NCBI GenBank assembly: GCA_030670615.1
Contig: DAOVBJ010000001.1
Location: 1-30,763 of the forward strand
Reading direction: 5' to 3'
Origin: Candidatus Bathyarchaeota archaeon
GTDB lineage: Archaea > Thermoproteota > Bathyarchaeia > RBG-16-48-13 > GCA-020355125
Length of the DNA: 30,763 nucleotides
Shown: one piece after another, positions 1 through 10,686 of the stretch
How positions within the stretch are numbered: the first letter of the stretch is position 1
Layout of the letters: each line of letters begins with the position of its first letter
Position numbers and translations under genes: made by a program
The notes under the pieces: model-generated
Databases searched by the model: none
Seen by the model: only the letters and a program-made list of their open reading frames with translations
Told to the model about the DNA's origin: nothing

Positions 1-899
1 TGTTGGGGGTATCCTTCGTCGTCGAATTCCCGGGTGCCCAACCCCGCGTCTTTGATGCCCTCATCGAGTACGTAGACGTTTTCTGAGGCTATCGTCTCCC
101 CAATTTTTCCCATCCATGGGGAGCGCTCCTTTTGGATGGCGTCAGCAGAGAGGGTTCGTCCAAACATGATTCCGAGGATGTCAGCAAAGACCTCGTTTCT
201 CCAAACCACGCTGGTTCTTCCGCTTCCGATGGGCTTGGCATCCATCATATCAAGGGCGCGCTCAGACGCCTTTCGGGACAGTTCCAAGTCCTCGTTCTCC
301 TGCCACACCCTCCTTTGCCATGATTCGCTGCTCTGTCCCTTCTTTCCCGCCTCCTCCGCCGTGACCGTTACGCTGGCAGAGGCATACGTGCTCTTCCGCT
401 CGAGCTCGCAGTGGTAGCTGTTGCTGATAGCTACCCGCTCTTCGCTCACCACAATGGAGCCTCGGGTAATCGTCGTCCGTTTATCAAAGTCGTGAACTCC
501 ATCCATAACGTCGACGGCCTTCTCCGACAGCGTTCCCACCGTCACGCTCTCTATGTTCCTATCAAAAATGTTTGCAACAGTGGCCTCGCCAAACGTCGTG
601 GGAAAGGAAATCCAGTCCCGATCAGGTTGGGCTACCTTGGCCATGGTCAGTGCCCTCTTCACAGCCTGTTCAACCCCTCTCTCGGTGACTTGGGACGAAG
701 AGTAAAAGCCAAGTCTCTTGCCAAGGGCAAGCCTGATTCCAAGGCCTGCGAAGACAGCGGCTCTCGTGGACTCGATTTTATCCGTGAAATCCACCTCTCG
801 GACCGAGTTGAGGATACCGTAGGCTTCGACTTCGCTGGCCCCCATTTTTTCGCCCAGCTTAACCCCTAGTTCACAAAGGGAGAGTACTTCCATGCTCAT
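1..899 (-). CDS. pmbA: PmbA/TldE family protein, runs off the window edge (3' part missing)
   Basis: Not in the ORF track; translated by hand from ATG at 899: MSMEVLSLCELGVKLGEKMGASEVEAY...GLGIRLALGKRLGFYSS. Near position 1 it reads GKIGETIASENVYVLDEG...FDDEGYP, a TldD/PmbA motif. Start overlaps the tldD stop (ATGA). Confidence 0.9.
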   Translation of the reverse strand, partial: MSMEVLSLCELGVKLGEKMGASEVEAYGILNSVREVDFTDKIESTRAAVFAGLGIRLALGKRLGFYSSSQVTERGVEQAVKRALTMAKVAQPDRDWISFPTTFGEATVANIFDRNIESVTVGTLSEKAVDVMDGVHDFDKRTTITRGSIVVSEERVAISNSYHCELERKSTYASASVTVTAEEAGKKGQSSESWQRRVWQENEDLELSRKASERALDMMDAKPIGSGRTSVVWRNEVFADILGIMFGRTLSADAIQKERSPWMGKIGETIASENVYVLDEGIKDAGLGTREFDDEGYPQ

Positions 900-2290
900 C
901 CAACTCCACCCACCATCATACTCTTAATCCGCACATGGGGACCGCCATGTCCCACGCGAACCCGCTGTCCATCCTTTCCGCATCCGCCAAAAAGACTCGT
1001 ACTGACGGCGAAGTCCTCTCCAACAGCCACAACGTTTCGCAACGTCTCAAGAATCGTACCACTAATGGAGACGCCTCGAACCACCTCCCCCACCTCCCCC
1101 TTCGTAATGGTGTAGGACGGCCCCACCCGAAAGGTGAAAGTTCCGAGGGCCACATTAACTTGCCCACCTCGCGCGCCAGCACCGCAAAGGTACAAGCCGT
1201 CCTCAATGTCCTCAACTAATTCCTCACGGCTTTGATCACCACGCTCCATGAACAGGTTGGTCTGCCGGACAATGGGTTTACTCCCGAATCCCTGTGCCCT
1301 CGCATTCCCAGACGAAGGGACTCCCAGTTTATAGGCGGTCTCCCGCGAATGGAGGAAGCTCGTGAGGACACCCTCTTCCACAACGACCTGTCGTCTCTTC
1401 TCCACACCCTCGTCGTCGAAGGGAAGATAGTACCCCCCCTCAACAACACCCTCATCGACCAGAGTGACCTGAGGACTTGCGATTCGGTCTCCTCGTCGCC
1501 CCTCCAAAACCGATTCCTTGGTCGCGACTAAGTCTCCTTCCGAGGCGTGGCCGAAGGCTTCATGGAGGATTAGGCCGATGAGGTCGGAGTCAGCGATAAC
1601 TTCGTAGGCTCGTGGCTTGGGCGATCTGGCCTCTACCACTTGAAGGCTCAATCTAGAGATCTCCTCAGTGAAGCTACCCCAATCTTCTTCCAAGATGAAT
1701 TCGAAGCCTGCACACCTCGATCGACTATCGCTCACGTACTCCATCTGCCCCGAAGAAGCGGCTACCGAGGAGTGGGCTAGCCCCGTCATCGTTGTTTCCA
1801 AGGATACCTCTGCTCCCTCACTGGATCTAAACACACGTCGTTCCACGAACCAGCCTAGACGGGTAATTCGGTTCGTTATCCCCTTCAATGTGGCGGATTT
1901 ATTCGCATCCACGACTAAGGAAATCTTTTTCTCGTCCGATAGGGAGCCCGGTTTTTTGGTACATGGTGACCTCACCGATTTTCTGAGAGGCGTGGCGTCC
2001 GCTAAACGAATCGGGTTCGCCCTCTTCGCGATGGTCCTAGCGGCTTTAACCGCGTTTCCAACCTGTTCCGAGAGATGCTTGGGCTCGAGTATGGTTGATG
2101 AGGTGACGCCCAGGGCGTTGTCCACCAGCACCCTCACCCCGAGACCAATGAGCGCACTCTTACCATAATTCTTCAGACGACTGTTCTCAACCGTGATGAC
2201 GGACGATTCCACTTCTTGAAACCGAACGTCCGCGTAGGACGCGCCCAACTTCAAAGCCTCTTCAATCAATGACTCTAGCAAATCAATCAT
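896..2290 (-). CDS. tldD: TldD family metalloprotease
   Basis: HEAFGH zinc motif, FDDEG, RQTNLFM and C-terminal CGKDGQ motif; paired with pmbA. Confidence 0.95.
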   Translation of the reverse strand: MIDLLESLIEEALKLGASYADVRFQEVESSVITVENSRLKNYGKSALIGLGVRVLVDNALGVTSSTILEPKHLSEQVGNAVKAARTIAKRANPIRLADATPLRKSVRSPCTKKPGSLSDEKKISLVVDANKSATLKGITNRITRLGWFVERRVFRSSEGAEVSLETTMTGLAHSSVAASSGQMEYVSDSRSRCAGFEFILEEDWGSFTEEISRLSLQVVEARSPKPRAYEVIADSDLIGLILHEAFGHASEGDLVATKESVLEGRRGDRIASPQVTLVDEGVVEGGYYLPFDDEGVEKRRQVVVEEGVLTSFLHSRETAYKLGVPSSGNARAQGFGSKPIVRQTNLFMERGDQSREELVEDIEDGLYLCGAGARGGQVNVALGTFTFRVGPSYTITKGEVGEVVRGVSISGTILETLRNVVAVGEDFAVSTSLFGGCGKDGQRVRVGHGGPHVRIKSMMVGGVG

Positions 2291-2777
2291 TATCTCTCCC
2301 TTCTTTCGTCCATTTAATTAATATTCACCACGAGTGACTACGTAAGACGCTTACGTAAATAACTTGATGGGAACAGAATAAGGATTTTCCCTTCCCTGTT
2401 TCCTTTTATCACTTCTCTGTCGCGGCAGCTTAAAGAAAAGAATAGAATTGTAAGCAACATGGAGGGTGTTACATGAAGCATGCTGGTGTAGGTTATTCTA
2501 ATCTTCTCATTCGTGAATCCCATTCCTTCTGACGGCTTAGCAAGAGGCTTGAGAGGGTACAGCTTAAATCACTCCCGGGTTATCCGTGTTGGTTTTAGGA
2601 TAAACCTGAATACAAGTCGAGAGGACTCTGACTTCTTGAAGTGCCTGAGGAGCAGTCCTTTCCCCTCCCATCCATCTATCGAGGGACTCACGAGTGCTAA
2701 AATCTGATTGAACTGTATTGATTGAGGGGCCAAGATAGATCTCTCCGCCGTTTCTCAGGGCGTACGTATGTCTTTTC

Positions 2778-4244
2778 TTAAAGGTTGTCTAGCGGCCAGA
2801 TGGGGCGTGGAATCCTCTGATACTCAAATAGCGTCAGGTTTGGAGAGGTAAGTCCGGGCGCGTCCACCTCAATAACCTCCTTTGAGAAGGGCTCGTATGC
2901 CGCTCTAAAGTGCCCTCTCGATTTAAGCACCAGTATCTTCTTGTCAAAGGGGTCAATGCCATTCCGTCTGAAGATTTCGGGGTCGTTCGGTGCGTGACTC
3001 TTCTCGGTGAGGATGACCTCGATGCCCTTGATCTCTAGAACCGCAGTCCTCCCTACGTTGGCTGCCAAGCCTCTTCTAATCGCCTTGTGGATGAATCGGC
3101 CATCCGTTATGGTTCTGACCCGTCCACACACCTCCACGGGTTCGCCATGGAGCTTGTCTGTTTTTCCACCGATCTTCATCCTCAACAGCCCTCGAACCCC
3201 CGTCTCGATAGCTTTCTCCACAGCCTCGGGGTCCTTGATGATTGCGAACCCCACGTTTTCCACGCCCTTCTCGAGAAGAGCTCGTAAAATCACGGTTCCA
3301 TCTCCTGGAGCGCCGCCTCCCGGGTTGTCCGCCACATCTGCCAAGATGATTGGTCCCTCCGCTGCTCGAACCGCTCTATCCACCGCGTTCTCTACCGACA
3401 CGAGGTCTTTCAGAAACTCTTTCCGGAGACTCCAGAGCACTCCTCCGAGGTCTGTGCTCAACTGCTTCGCGAGGTTCATATCCCCATCCGTTACCACGAC
3501 CACGCTGGACCCCACTCTCTCAACATCAGCGTAGGGGAATCCTCCGAAGACAGAGACGTTTATCACTCCCTCCCACGCCTCCATCTTCCTTGCCTCATTA
3601 AACAGCTGTACCATGGGCCCCTCTGTCGTCCGCATGTTGATCGTGGGCGGCATCATGGGAAGCTTTTTCAAGGCGACTACGGGGTGAACCATTCCGTAAA
3701 GGGTGGACACCATCGTTCCAGCCGCCTCCACGCCTCTCTCATACTGGTCTATGTGCGGGTTTGTTTCGAAGCCAAAAACCGCGTTCACGTTTCTCGTCAT
3801 TGCCTCCGAAACCATGGCGTGGAGGTCAAGCGTGCAAATGACCGGAATTGATGAGCCCACCAGCTGTCTCACCTTCTGCAGCAGCGTACCCTCTGCTTCA
3901 GGAATTCCTTCAGCGACCATGGCCCCGTGTAAAGAGAGGAGAACTCCATCGATTTTTCCCGCTCCTTGAATACCCTTCAAAATCGTTTCCATCATAAACT
4001 CGAAGTCTCTGCGGTTGATGGGGCCTGACGGCGTTGCACTCGCCGCAATCGTTGGCACTATGTCCACGTCCTTCCCTCGTAGGACATCAATGAAGCCTCC
4101 GACCTCTGTCCGCGTTCCTCCATAGACTTGAAAGACGTCCTCACCGTAGCAAGGATCGTAGTCCTCAAGGGCTGTCTTGACGATGCTGAACGTATTCGTC
4201 TCATGACTTATCCTGGCGATAGCAACTCTCAACTTCAACACCAA
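2778..4244 (-). CDS. MlrC-like M81 family metallopeptidase
   Basis: ISHETNTF, LSLHGAM, TLDLHA, NPHID, DVADNPGGG and LKSRGHFRAAY motifs. The ORF track starts at 4316; the real start is more likely TTG/GTG at 4238-4244, just before KLRVAIA. Confidence 0.9.
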   Translation of the reverse strand: MVLKLRVAIARISHETNTFSIVKTALEDYDPCYGEDVFQVYGGTRTEVGGFIDVLRGKDVDIVPTIAASATPSGPINRRDFEFMMETILKGIQGAGKIDGVLLSLHGAMVAEGIPEAEGTLLQKVRQLVGSSIPVICTLDLHAMVSEAMTRNVNAVFGFETNPHIDQYERGVEAAGTMVSTLYGMVHPVVALKKLPMMPPTINMRTTEGPMVQLFNEARKMEAWEGVINVSVFGGFPYADVERVGSSVVVVTDGDMNLAKQLSTDLGGVLWSLRKEFLKDLVSVENAVDRAVRAAEGPIILADVADNPGGGAPGDGTVILRALLEKGVENVGFAIIKDPEAVEKAIETGVRGLLRMKIGGKTDKLHGEPVEVCGRVRTITDGRFIHKAIRRGLAANVGRTAVLEIKGIEVILTEKSHAPNDPEIFRRNGIDPFDKKILVLKSRGHFRAAYEPFSKEVIEVDAPGLTSPNLTLFEYQRIPRPIWPLDNL

Positions 4245-4414
4245 GATTGTATCTCTCCTTCCCAACCATTTAACGCTTTCGCGAGGGGCGGTGAGAATTC
4301 TTCCTTCACAAAGCACTCCCTTCTCACCCCACTCATATCGTGGGTTTGCCCTATATCTGCGGTTATTCGAGGATTAGTGCTCAACGAGGGATAGAAAATC
4401 GTTCAGAGTCTCCG

Positions 4415-6109
4415 TCAGGGTCTTCGCAAGATTTTTCCGGGCAGGGCTCCAGTGTAGTCGCCTTCGTCCACCACGACTTCTCCGTTTACAAGGACGTTTA
4501 GGATGCCCTTGGGGTACTGCCTTGGATCTCTGTAGGTCGCCTTGTTCGTGACTTGTTTAGGGTCGAAGATGACTAAATCCGCCCACATGCCGGGTCTGAT
4601 GAGGCCGCGGTCCATAAATCCCAGGAACTGTGCTGGAAGAGACGTCATCTTCCTGATAGCATCCTCCAGCCTTAGCACATTCAACTCTCTGACATATCTT
4701 TGGAGAACCTTGGGCCAGGACCCCCAAGCCCTTGGATGTGTGATGTAGAGGGAGGCGTCGGAGCTGACGATGGACTCAGGCATCCGATACGAGGCGATGA
4801 CGTGCTTCTCCCTCCTCCTACGGGGCTTAATGGACACGTTTACCACAAGAGTTTTACCCTTATCCGCGATGAAGAGCTCCCTAATGGCTTCCCAGACGTC
4901 TTTGGAGCCCAAAGCCTCCATGACTTCTCTGAGGGTAGCGGGTAGCTTCGCGTCGTCTCCCTCGAACTCGGGGTGAGATGGAGAATAAGCTATTCCAACC
5001 CTCTCTCTAACGTCCCATATCGGTGGGACTGTCAGATTTATGTCTCTCTCCTCCAGAATCCTCCGCCTCTCTTCATTCTCCTCCACCAGCACCCTCATCC
5101 GTTCGATGGATTCTGCCTTCACCACCCCCCACTCTGCATCGTCCTTCAGCCTCTCAGCAGTCTCCTCGAAGAAGGGATCATCCAAGTTCTTGATGTTCCA
5201 GAACCGCCAGGCCTTAGGTTCCCGTTTCTTCATCAACTGATGTCCGAAAAGCCAGAAGCCAAGGTTCTTACCGCTTCCATGTATCCATGGATATAAGTCG
5301 AAGAGTATTTCAACGCCCCTTTCCCTCGCATCACAGAATTGCGCCACAGATAAGTGGTTGGCCGCTAGAGTAGCGTGGGATAGGCATCCGGGTATGGGTG
5401 TCTCCTCACAGATCTCGATGAATTCTTGGGTCGACTTATCACCTCCTCTTGCGTGAGCCATGAATACGCCGCCATATCTCGCAACAAGCTTGTTGAGGGC
5501 GATGATCTCCTCCGTGGATGCGTTCCTCTGAACCTGATAGCTCAGTCCCACAGTGAGGCCGAAGGCTCTGTCCTCCATTCCCTCCACGACCAATGTCTTC
5601 ATCTGCTCCACCTCCTCCTTGGCAGGTTTAAAGCGTTCACCCCCCTCCCCCTCCTGTCCCATGACGCTCGCTCGGATGGTGCCAAAGCCCAGGAAGGGCG
5701 CTATGTTCAGCCCTATTCCACGAGCCTCCATCTTCTCCCGCCACTCCTCAAGAGTCAGCCAGTCTACGGGAGTGGCTTCAGAGAAGCCTTGGAGAAAACG
5801 CTTATACTCTTCACTCATGGTGTGAACAGTCATACCACAGTTGCCTGTACACTCCACCGTTACGCCTTGCATAACTGACTGGAGAACCACGTTATCCTCA
5901 TGGAGGAGTCTTCCTATGTGTCCATGAGGGTTTATGAAGCCTGGAGAGACCATCAATCCTTTTGCCTCGATCAAACGTTCACCATCTACAAGCCCTCTCC
6001 TGCTGACGGCTGCTATCTTACCGTCTTTGACTCCAACATCGGCTCTGTACCATGGGTTACCCGTGCCATCTATCAACCCACCATTCTTTACAATTAAATC
6101 AAATTTCAT
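4415..6109 (-). CDS. N-acyl-D-amino-acid deacylase (D-aminoacylase)-like amidohydrolase
   Basis: N-terminal IDGTGNPWYRADVG, HxH (NPHGH), GNCG, HPRAWGS, KMTSLPA and ADLVIFDP motifs. Confidence 0.88.
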   Translation of the reverse strand: MKFDLIVKNGGLIDGTGNPWYRADVGVKDGKIAAVSRRGLVDGERLIEAKGLMVSPGFINPHGHIGRLLHEDNVVLQSVMQGVTVECTGNCGMTVHTMSEEYKRFLQGFSEATPVDWLTLEEWREKMEARGIGLNIAPFLGFGTIRASVMGQEGEGGERFKPAKEEVEQMKTLVVEGMEDRAFGLTVGLSYQVQRNASTEEIIALNKLVARYGGVFMAHARGGDKSTQEFIEICEETPIPGCLSHATLAANHLSVAQFCDARERGVEILFDLYPWIHGSGKNLGFWLFGHQLMKKREPKAWRFWNIKNLDDPFFEETAERLKDDAEWGVVKAESIERMRVLVEENEERRRILEERDINLTVPPIWDVRERVGIAYSPSHPEFEGDDAKLPATLREVMEALGSKDVWEAIRELFIADKGKTLVVNVSIKPRRRREKHVIASYRMPESIVSSDASLYITHPRAWGSWPKVLQRYVRELNVLRLEDAIRKMTSLPAQFLGFMDRGLIRPGMWADLVIFDPKQVTNKATYRDPRQYPKGILNVLVNGEVVVDEGDYTGALPGKILRRP

Positions 6110-6217
6110 CTCATTTCATCTCCTATTTGACCATTCATGCTGTAACCCTTTAAATATCCCACCCTAGAAGGGATTGTTTATGAACTTTAAGGATCTGTCT
6201 TCAGGGATGTTTGAGAA

Positions 6218-7594
6218 ATGACCCGTTTCGACCTTGTCCTGAAGGGGGGACATGTAGTTGATCCAGCAAACGGGATAGACGCTATCTTGGATGTGGCCAT
6301 AGTAAAAAGTAGGGTTGCCGCCGTTGAGCCAGATATAAACCCTCGTCAAGCGGAGGCGTTGTTAGATCTCTCGGGAAAAGTGGTTATTCCTGGTATCATA
6401 GACCCTCACGTCCATATACGAAATGTTGGTCACAGGAATATGACGAAGGTGGGTGTTGTGACGGCCGTCGATGTCTTCGCACCTATGGATGATGTTCTTC
6501 AGGGTACAAAGGCCTTTGGGACCGGCATGAACATCGCGGACATAACCAGCATACACCATCAAATAAAGGAGCCTCGGCCCGTCAGGGCCGAGTTAGACGC
6601 TATGCTGGATGATTATTTGGCGTCAGGGGCGTTAGGCGTAAAGGTCATCCAAGAGCCGCTGCCTCATGAAACCATCCTCAATACAATAGTCGCTGCGAAC
6701 GAGAAAGGGGCTTACGTCAAGCTTGACTGCGGGGTCACCGAGGAAGGCAGTAACCTGTTAGGGTTGAAATGGATCGTTGGGGCAGCAGGGAGTGACCTGC
6801 ACTTGGACGTCGCTCACATCAACAGTTATTGCCGTGGGCAGGTCAAGGATCCAATTGAGGAGGCCTTAGACGCAATTCGCCTCTTAGAAGGTAAAGAGAA
6901 TATACAATCTGAATCATACTTAGGAGTTATAAATGGTACAAGCGGTAGAATCGTAGGTGGTGTACCTCTCAATGGATGTACACGAGACTGTCTTCGCCTT
7001 GGCGGATATCCCGAGACAGAGGAGGGAATGAAAAGGGCTTTGCTCGATGGATACTGCAAGGTACCAGAGCGCGTTGGCGGAGAGACCCTGCTCTTGGAGG
7101 GTACGGAAGCGTTTAAAGCATGGCTTAAAACGGATCAAAGGACTGTCTGCTTCCCCGTGAATCTCCCGAGCGTCGCCATACTCCTCGCGACTAGGAAAGA
7201 CTCTAAGAAGAGGTTTGTGGTCAACGCAATTTCGACGGATGGTGGCTCCACGCCACGAAACCTCATTGTTAACTCAGGACTGGCTCTGGTTAGGTATGGA
7301 GCTTTAACCCTCAATGAATTTGTGGTCAAAACATCCTTCAACCCATCACGGATGTATGGGATGCTAGAGAAAGGCGGGTTAGGCGTTGGTATGGATGATG
7401 ATGTAACAGTCTTAGACCTCGAAAGAGGCAGAGCAGGGATCGGCATAGCCTTCGGAACGGTGATAATGGTGGATGGTGTAGTCGTAGGTAGGGGTGGAAC
7501 AATAATTACAACTGAGAAAGGCGTAAAGACCGTGAAGGCGTCCGGCCTTTCCTATGACGTGATAGACTTGAACCAATGCGGGCTCTACACTTAA
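6218..7594 (+). CDS. Metal-dependent amidohydrolase (dihydroorotase/deacetylase-like N-terminus), substrate unknown
   Basis: LVLKGGHVVDPANGID, PGIIDPHVH, HINSYCRG, ISTDGG, NPSRMYG. Confidence 0.8.
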   Translation: MTRFDLVLKGGHVVDPANGIDAILDVAIVKSRVAAVEPDINPRQAEALLDLSGKVVIPGIIDPHVHIRNVGHRNMTKVGVVTAVDVFAPMDDVLQGTKAFGTGMNIADITSIHHQIKEPRPVRAELDAMLDDYLASGALGVKVIQEPLPHETILNTIVAANEKGAYVKLDCGVTEEGSNLLGLKWIVGAAGSDLHLDVAHINSYCRGQVKDPIEEALDAIRLLEGKENIQSESYLGVINGTSGRIVGGVPLNGCTRDCLRLGGYPETEEGMKRALLDGYCKVPERVGGETLLLEGTEAFKAWLKTDQRTVCFPVNLPSVAILLATRKDSKKRFVVNAISTDGGSTPRNLIVNSGLALVRYGALTLNEFVVKTSFNPSRMYGMLEKGGLGVGMDDDVTVLDLERGRAGIGIAFGTVIMVDGVVVGRGGTIITTEKGVKTVKASGLSYDVIDLNQCGLYT

Positions 7595-7767
7595 CTCCAC
7601 TTCATTCTTTTGAGCCTAAAGCATTTATGAGCTGATTCACAATAACAAGTAGCCTAAAAGCTAAAAGATGAACGCTCGGGAAATATACGTGTGAAACCGA
7701 GGTTCATAAAGAGTCTTTGCTTCGGCCGTTATTTCGATTGAAAAAGAGTTTGGAGTTTGAGAAGGGT

Positions 7768-9030
7768 TTACGTTATCTTTATCCCTCTAAGTATAACAGG
7801 TTTTCCACCCTTCATGACAAGCCTTATGTTCTCTTTCGGCGCCAAGACCATCACATCCTCTAGAGGATTCCCATCCACCACCATGATGTCCGCGATCTTA
7901 TTCCTCTCCAGAGTGCCGATCCTGTCACCGAGACCCATGACCTCAGACCCCGTCTTGGTACAGCAGGAGATCGCCTCCATAGCTGAGTATCCACCAAGCT
8001 CCATGAACGCCTTCATATTCTTGGGAATGACGTCGTAGGGCTCACAGCCAGTAACATCTGGGCCTATAGCCTGTTTACAACCCATCTCCCTACACAGCCT
8101 GACCGTAGTCTTGTTATGCTCGTAATTGATCTTGTGTCTCCTAAACGCCCACTCAGTGTAGTCGCCAATCTCAGTGAATCCCTTGGTCTCCTCATAGGCT
8201 TTGATGGGAGTATAACAGTTCCGAACAATGAACCTACCTGACTCCGCAGCCATCAGAGCCGCCTCCTCGTCGATGGCGGTTCCGTGCTCGATGGAATCGA
8301 CGCCACAAGCTAAGGCATGCCTTATTGGTGTCAGGCCATGGGCGTGAGCAGCGGTCATCTTACCGACGCAATGGGCTTCATAAACTATGGCCTTTAACTC
8401 TTCAGGGCTGAACTGGGGGTACTCAAGCTCATCCAGTTGGGATGATGTGCCCCCTCCAGCCATGACTTTTATGAAGTCAGCTCCATTGCGCAGTTGCTCC
8501 CTCACAGCCCTTCGGCACTCTGTGACCCCATCAGCTATCACACGTATGTCCCTCACCCATTCTAAGGGTAGGTGGTGGATATCTCCATGTCCAAACGTCT
8601 GCGAGATGAAGGCTCCTGAAGCCATGAATCTGGGGCCCTCTATTGTACTCTCCTCAATGGCCCTCTTAATCGAGGGCGTATACGGTGAGCCGCAGCACCG
8701 GGCGGCGGTGACTCCATGTTCTAGCATATTGTAGGCGTCTGAAATTGCCCGCGCAATACCTAGTGCTGTATCGTACCGTCCGGTAGTGTCCCCTCGTCTC
8801 CACCCAGTCAGGTGTACATGGGCGTCGATCAGACCTGGCATGATTGTCATGCCAGTTCCATCGAATATTTTTATCCCATGAGGGATGGTAACCTCATCCC
8901 TCTGCCCCACTTTTCTTATCCTGTCACCCTCTATAATAACGACTCCGTCTCTAAGAGCCTCCTTTTGAGTGCCATTGATGAGTAAACTACCGATAATGGC
9001 CTTAACGTCTTCACCCAATCCACACACCAC
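7768..9030 (-). CDS. Amidohydrolase, Xaa-Pro dipeptidase/prolidase-like subgroup
   Basis: MPGLIDAHVH, GADFIKVMAGGG, AAHAHG, DSIEHG, ADIMVVDGNPL. Confidence 0.88.
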   Translation of the reverse strand: MVCGLGEDVKAIIGSLLINGTQKEALRDGVVIIEGDRIRKVGQRDEVTIPHGIKIFDGTGMTIMPGLIDAHVHLTGWRRGDTTGRYDTALGIARAISDAYNMLEHGVTAARCCGSPYTPSIKRAIEESTIEGPRFMASGAFISQTFGHGDIHHLPLEWVRDIRVIADGVTECRRAVREQLRNGADFIKVMAGGGTSSQLDELEYPQFSPEELKAIVYEAHCVGKMTAAHAHGLTPIRHALACGVDSIEHGTAIDEEAALMAAESGRFIVRNCYTPIKAYEETKGFTEIGDYTEWAFRRHKINYEHNKTTVRLCREMGCKQAIGPDVTGCEPYDVIPKNMKAFMELGGYSAMEAISCCTKTGSEVMGLGDRIGTLERNKIADIMVVDGNPLEDVMVLAPKENIRLVMKGGKPVILRGIKIT

Positions 9031-9207
9031 CTTGAAGATTCTTTAGTCAAGCATGAATGAAAACCTTTTTCATTTATTTCCCTTTCTACACTCGTGAGTG
9101 AACGCAAATAAATTCCATTTCAAATGAGATCTCGGCCAATTTAAGGCTTCCAATGATCGAACACTTCTCTCTACAAGTCTAAGACGCAGCTAGATAGCTG
9201 TTTATGT

Positions 9208-10686
9208 CTAGATTTTCTGTTCATAGGCGTTTGTGAAGAAAAGTCGTGTTTCACCCATCGTCTTGACATTCAAAGGCTTGACCTCTATAATGATGGGGAA
9301 GTCGTTGGTTACCCTTCCCAAGGCTAGACAATAGTGTGGAGGCAGCTCTCGAGCGATCACATTAATGGTCTCCACGTCGACCATAGTCGCCTTTGACACG
9401 GCGGCTAAATCGTTTTCATTAGTGAAGTTGAAGAGGAAGACGTTGTCTGCCTGACGATAGATGCTGTCACTTATGCTGTCCGGCTGGTTGGTGATGAAGG
9501 TGCTAAAGACCCCGAGATGCCGCATGCGGGTGACTATGTCCTCCCAATAGGTCTTTCTCAGATAGAGGTGGGCTTCCTCTGCAAAGAGGAAGAGAGCTCT
9601 TAACACCCAGCGATCAAGCAAATTACACAGCTTACTCAACATAAACTCCACAACGATGTGACAAAATCTCGACGGCAACCCTCGGAGATTAACGATTAGA
9701 GCCCCTCCACTATTAAGCCCGAAAATTAGATCCTCCAACGTCGAGGCTTCCTGAGGGTTATCGGTCAAGAGGCCCGTGCTGACTAGACTATCGTATCGAC
9801 GGATAAGGGCATCTCTAACATAGTTATTTAATACTGATTCGATGGCTTTTCTAAGGTTCTTCAGGGTGAGTGTGCTTCTTTGTGACAGGGATGACCAGAT
9901 TCTTCGGATCTCCCAGGCTGAATTATCGGGAAGGTCGAGCACAGAGGACATGATCCGCAGAAAGACCCCGAGCCCCATGTATTCCAGGGTCACCTTGAAC
10001 CGTTTTCCCGGCGATAGAACGATGATTTTCTCGTGTGAAGCCGCTTTTTTGTAGTCTGCCCCATACCCTAAATTGACGTATTCCCCATTGACGTCGAAAA
10101 CGACGCAGATGCCTCCCTTCTCGATGAGGCTGAGGAGGAGCAGTTTTGAAAGATGGGATTTTCCAGTTCCCTTTTTGCCAGTAATGATGTTCAGCTTGCC
10201 ATCGATAGCCGTGAGGTTGACTGCGATTTCTGCACCCCCCTTCGTTGTTCCCAGGGTTATCGCGTTTTCTCCATGGAGCCCAATGAGTTCCAAGAATTCC
10301 CTGTCGGTCAAGTTTATGAGTTGGGAGGTTGAGCGGGAGGGTGTCCAGGAGATGTCGTGGTCGATTCTTCCATTCACTATGGCCTTGCGAATCTTGCAGC
10401 GGAAGACCTTCGCGTCTTTGATCACGTCGACGAAGGCCTTCACACCGAGGAAATCGAGGTTCCGTCCGTCAATGTTTTTGGTCGACGAATCCCTCAGAAT
10501 GTCCTCCAGCACCCCCGGGATATTCGCGTATCCGATGTTTGTAACCTGCACGATGAGGCTTCGGTTCACAGCGTTGTCCCTCACGATGATGTAGTCCCCC
10601 TTTTGGACACCCTGGGGTGGACAGGAAACGATATCCATGGTGTTTCCGTCAAGTTTATAGATGTGCATCATGGCCCTCACCATCAA
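9208..10686 (-). CDS. herA: HerA/FtsK-superfamily ATPase (DUF87/HerA-like helicase-translocase)
   Basis: N-terminal HAS-barrel-like region, Walker A GKKGTGKS, VFDVNGEY, Walker B AEEAH, R-H-L-G and TNQP motifs; start overlaps the nurA stop. Confidence 0.85.
   Translation of the reverse strand: MMVRAMMHIYKLDGNTMDIVSCPPQGVQKGDYIIVRDNAVNRSLIVQVTNIGYANIPGVLEDILRDSSTKNIDGRNLDFLGVKAFVDVIKDAKVFRCKIRKAIVNGRIDHDISWTPSRSTSQLINLTDREFLELIGLHGENAITLGTTKGGAEIAVNLTAIDGKLNIITGKKGTGKSHLSKLLLLSLIEKGGICVVFDVNGEYVNLGYGADYKKAASHEKIIVLSPGKRFKVTLEYMGLGVFLRIMSSVLDLPDNSAWEIRRIWSSLSQRSTLTLKNLRKAIESVLNNYVRDALIRRYDSLVSTGLLTDNPQEASTLEDLIFGLNSGGALIVNLRGLPSRFCHIVVEFMLSKLCNLLDRWVLRALFLFAEEAHLYLRKTYWEDIVTRMRHLGVFSTFITNQPDSISDSIYRQADNVFLFNFTNENDLAAVSKATMVDVETINVIARELPPHYCLALGRVTNDFPIIIEVKPLNVKTMGETRLFFTNAYEQKI

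Noticed and set aside
132-869. Plus-strand ORFs listed in the track
   Set aside because: Antisense to the pmbA frame, which the track omits because it runs off the window.
2338-2707. Short ORFs between tldD and the MlrC-like gene
   Set aside because: No recognisable motifs or start context; may be decayed DNA but cannot be assigned.
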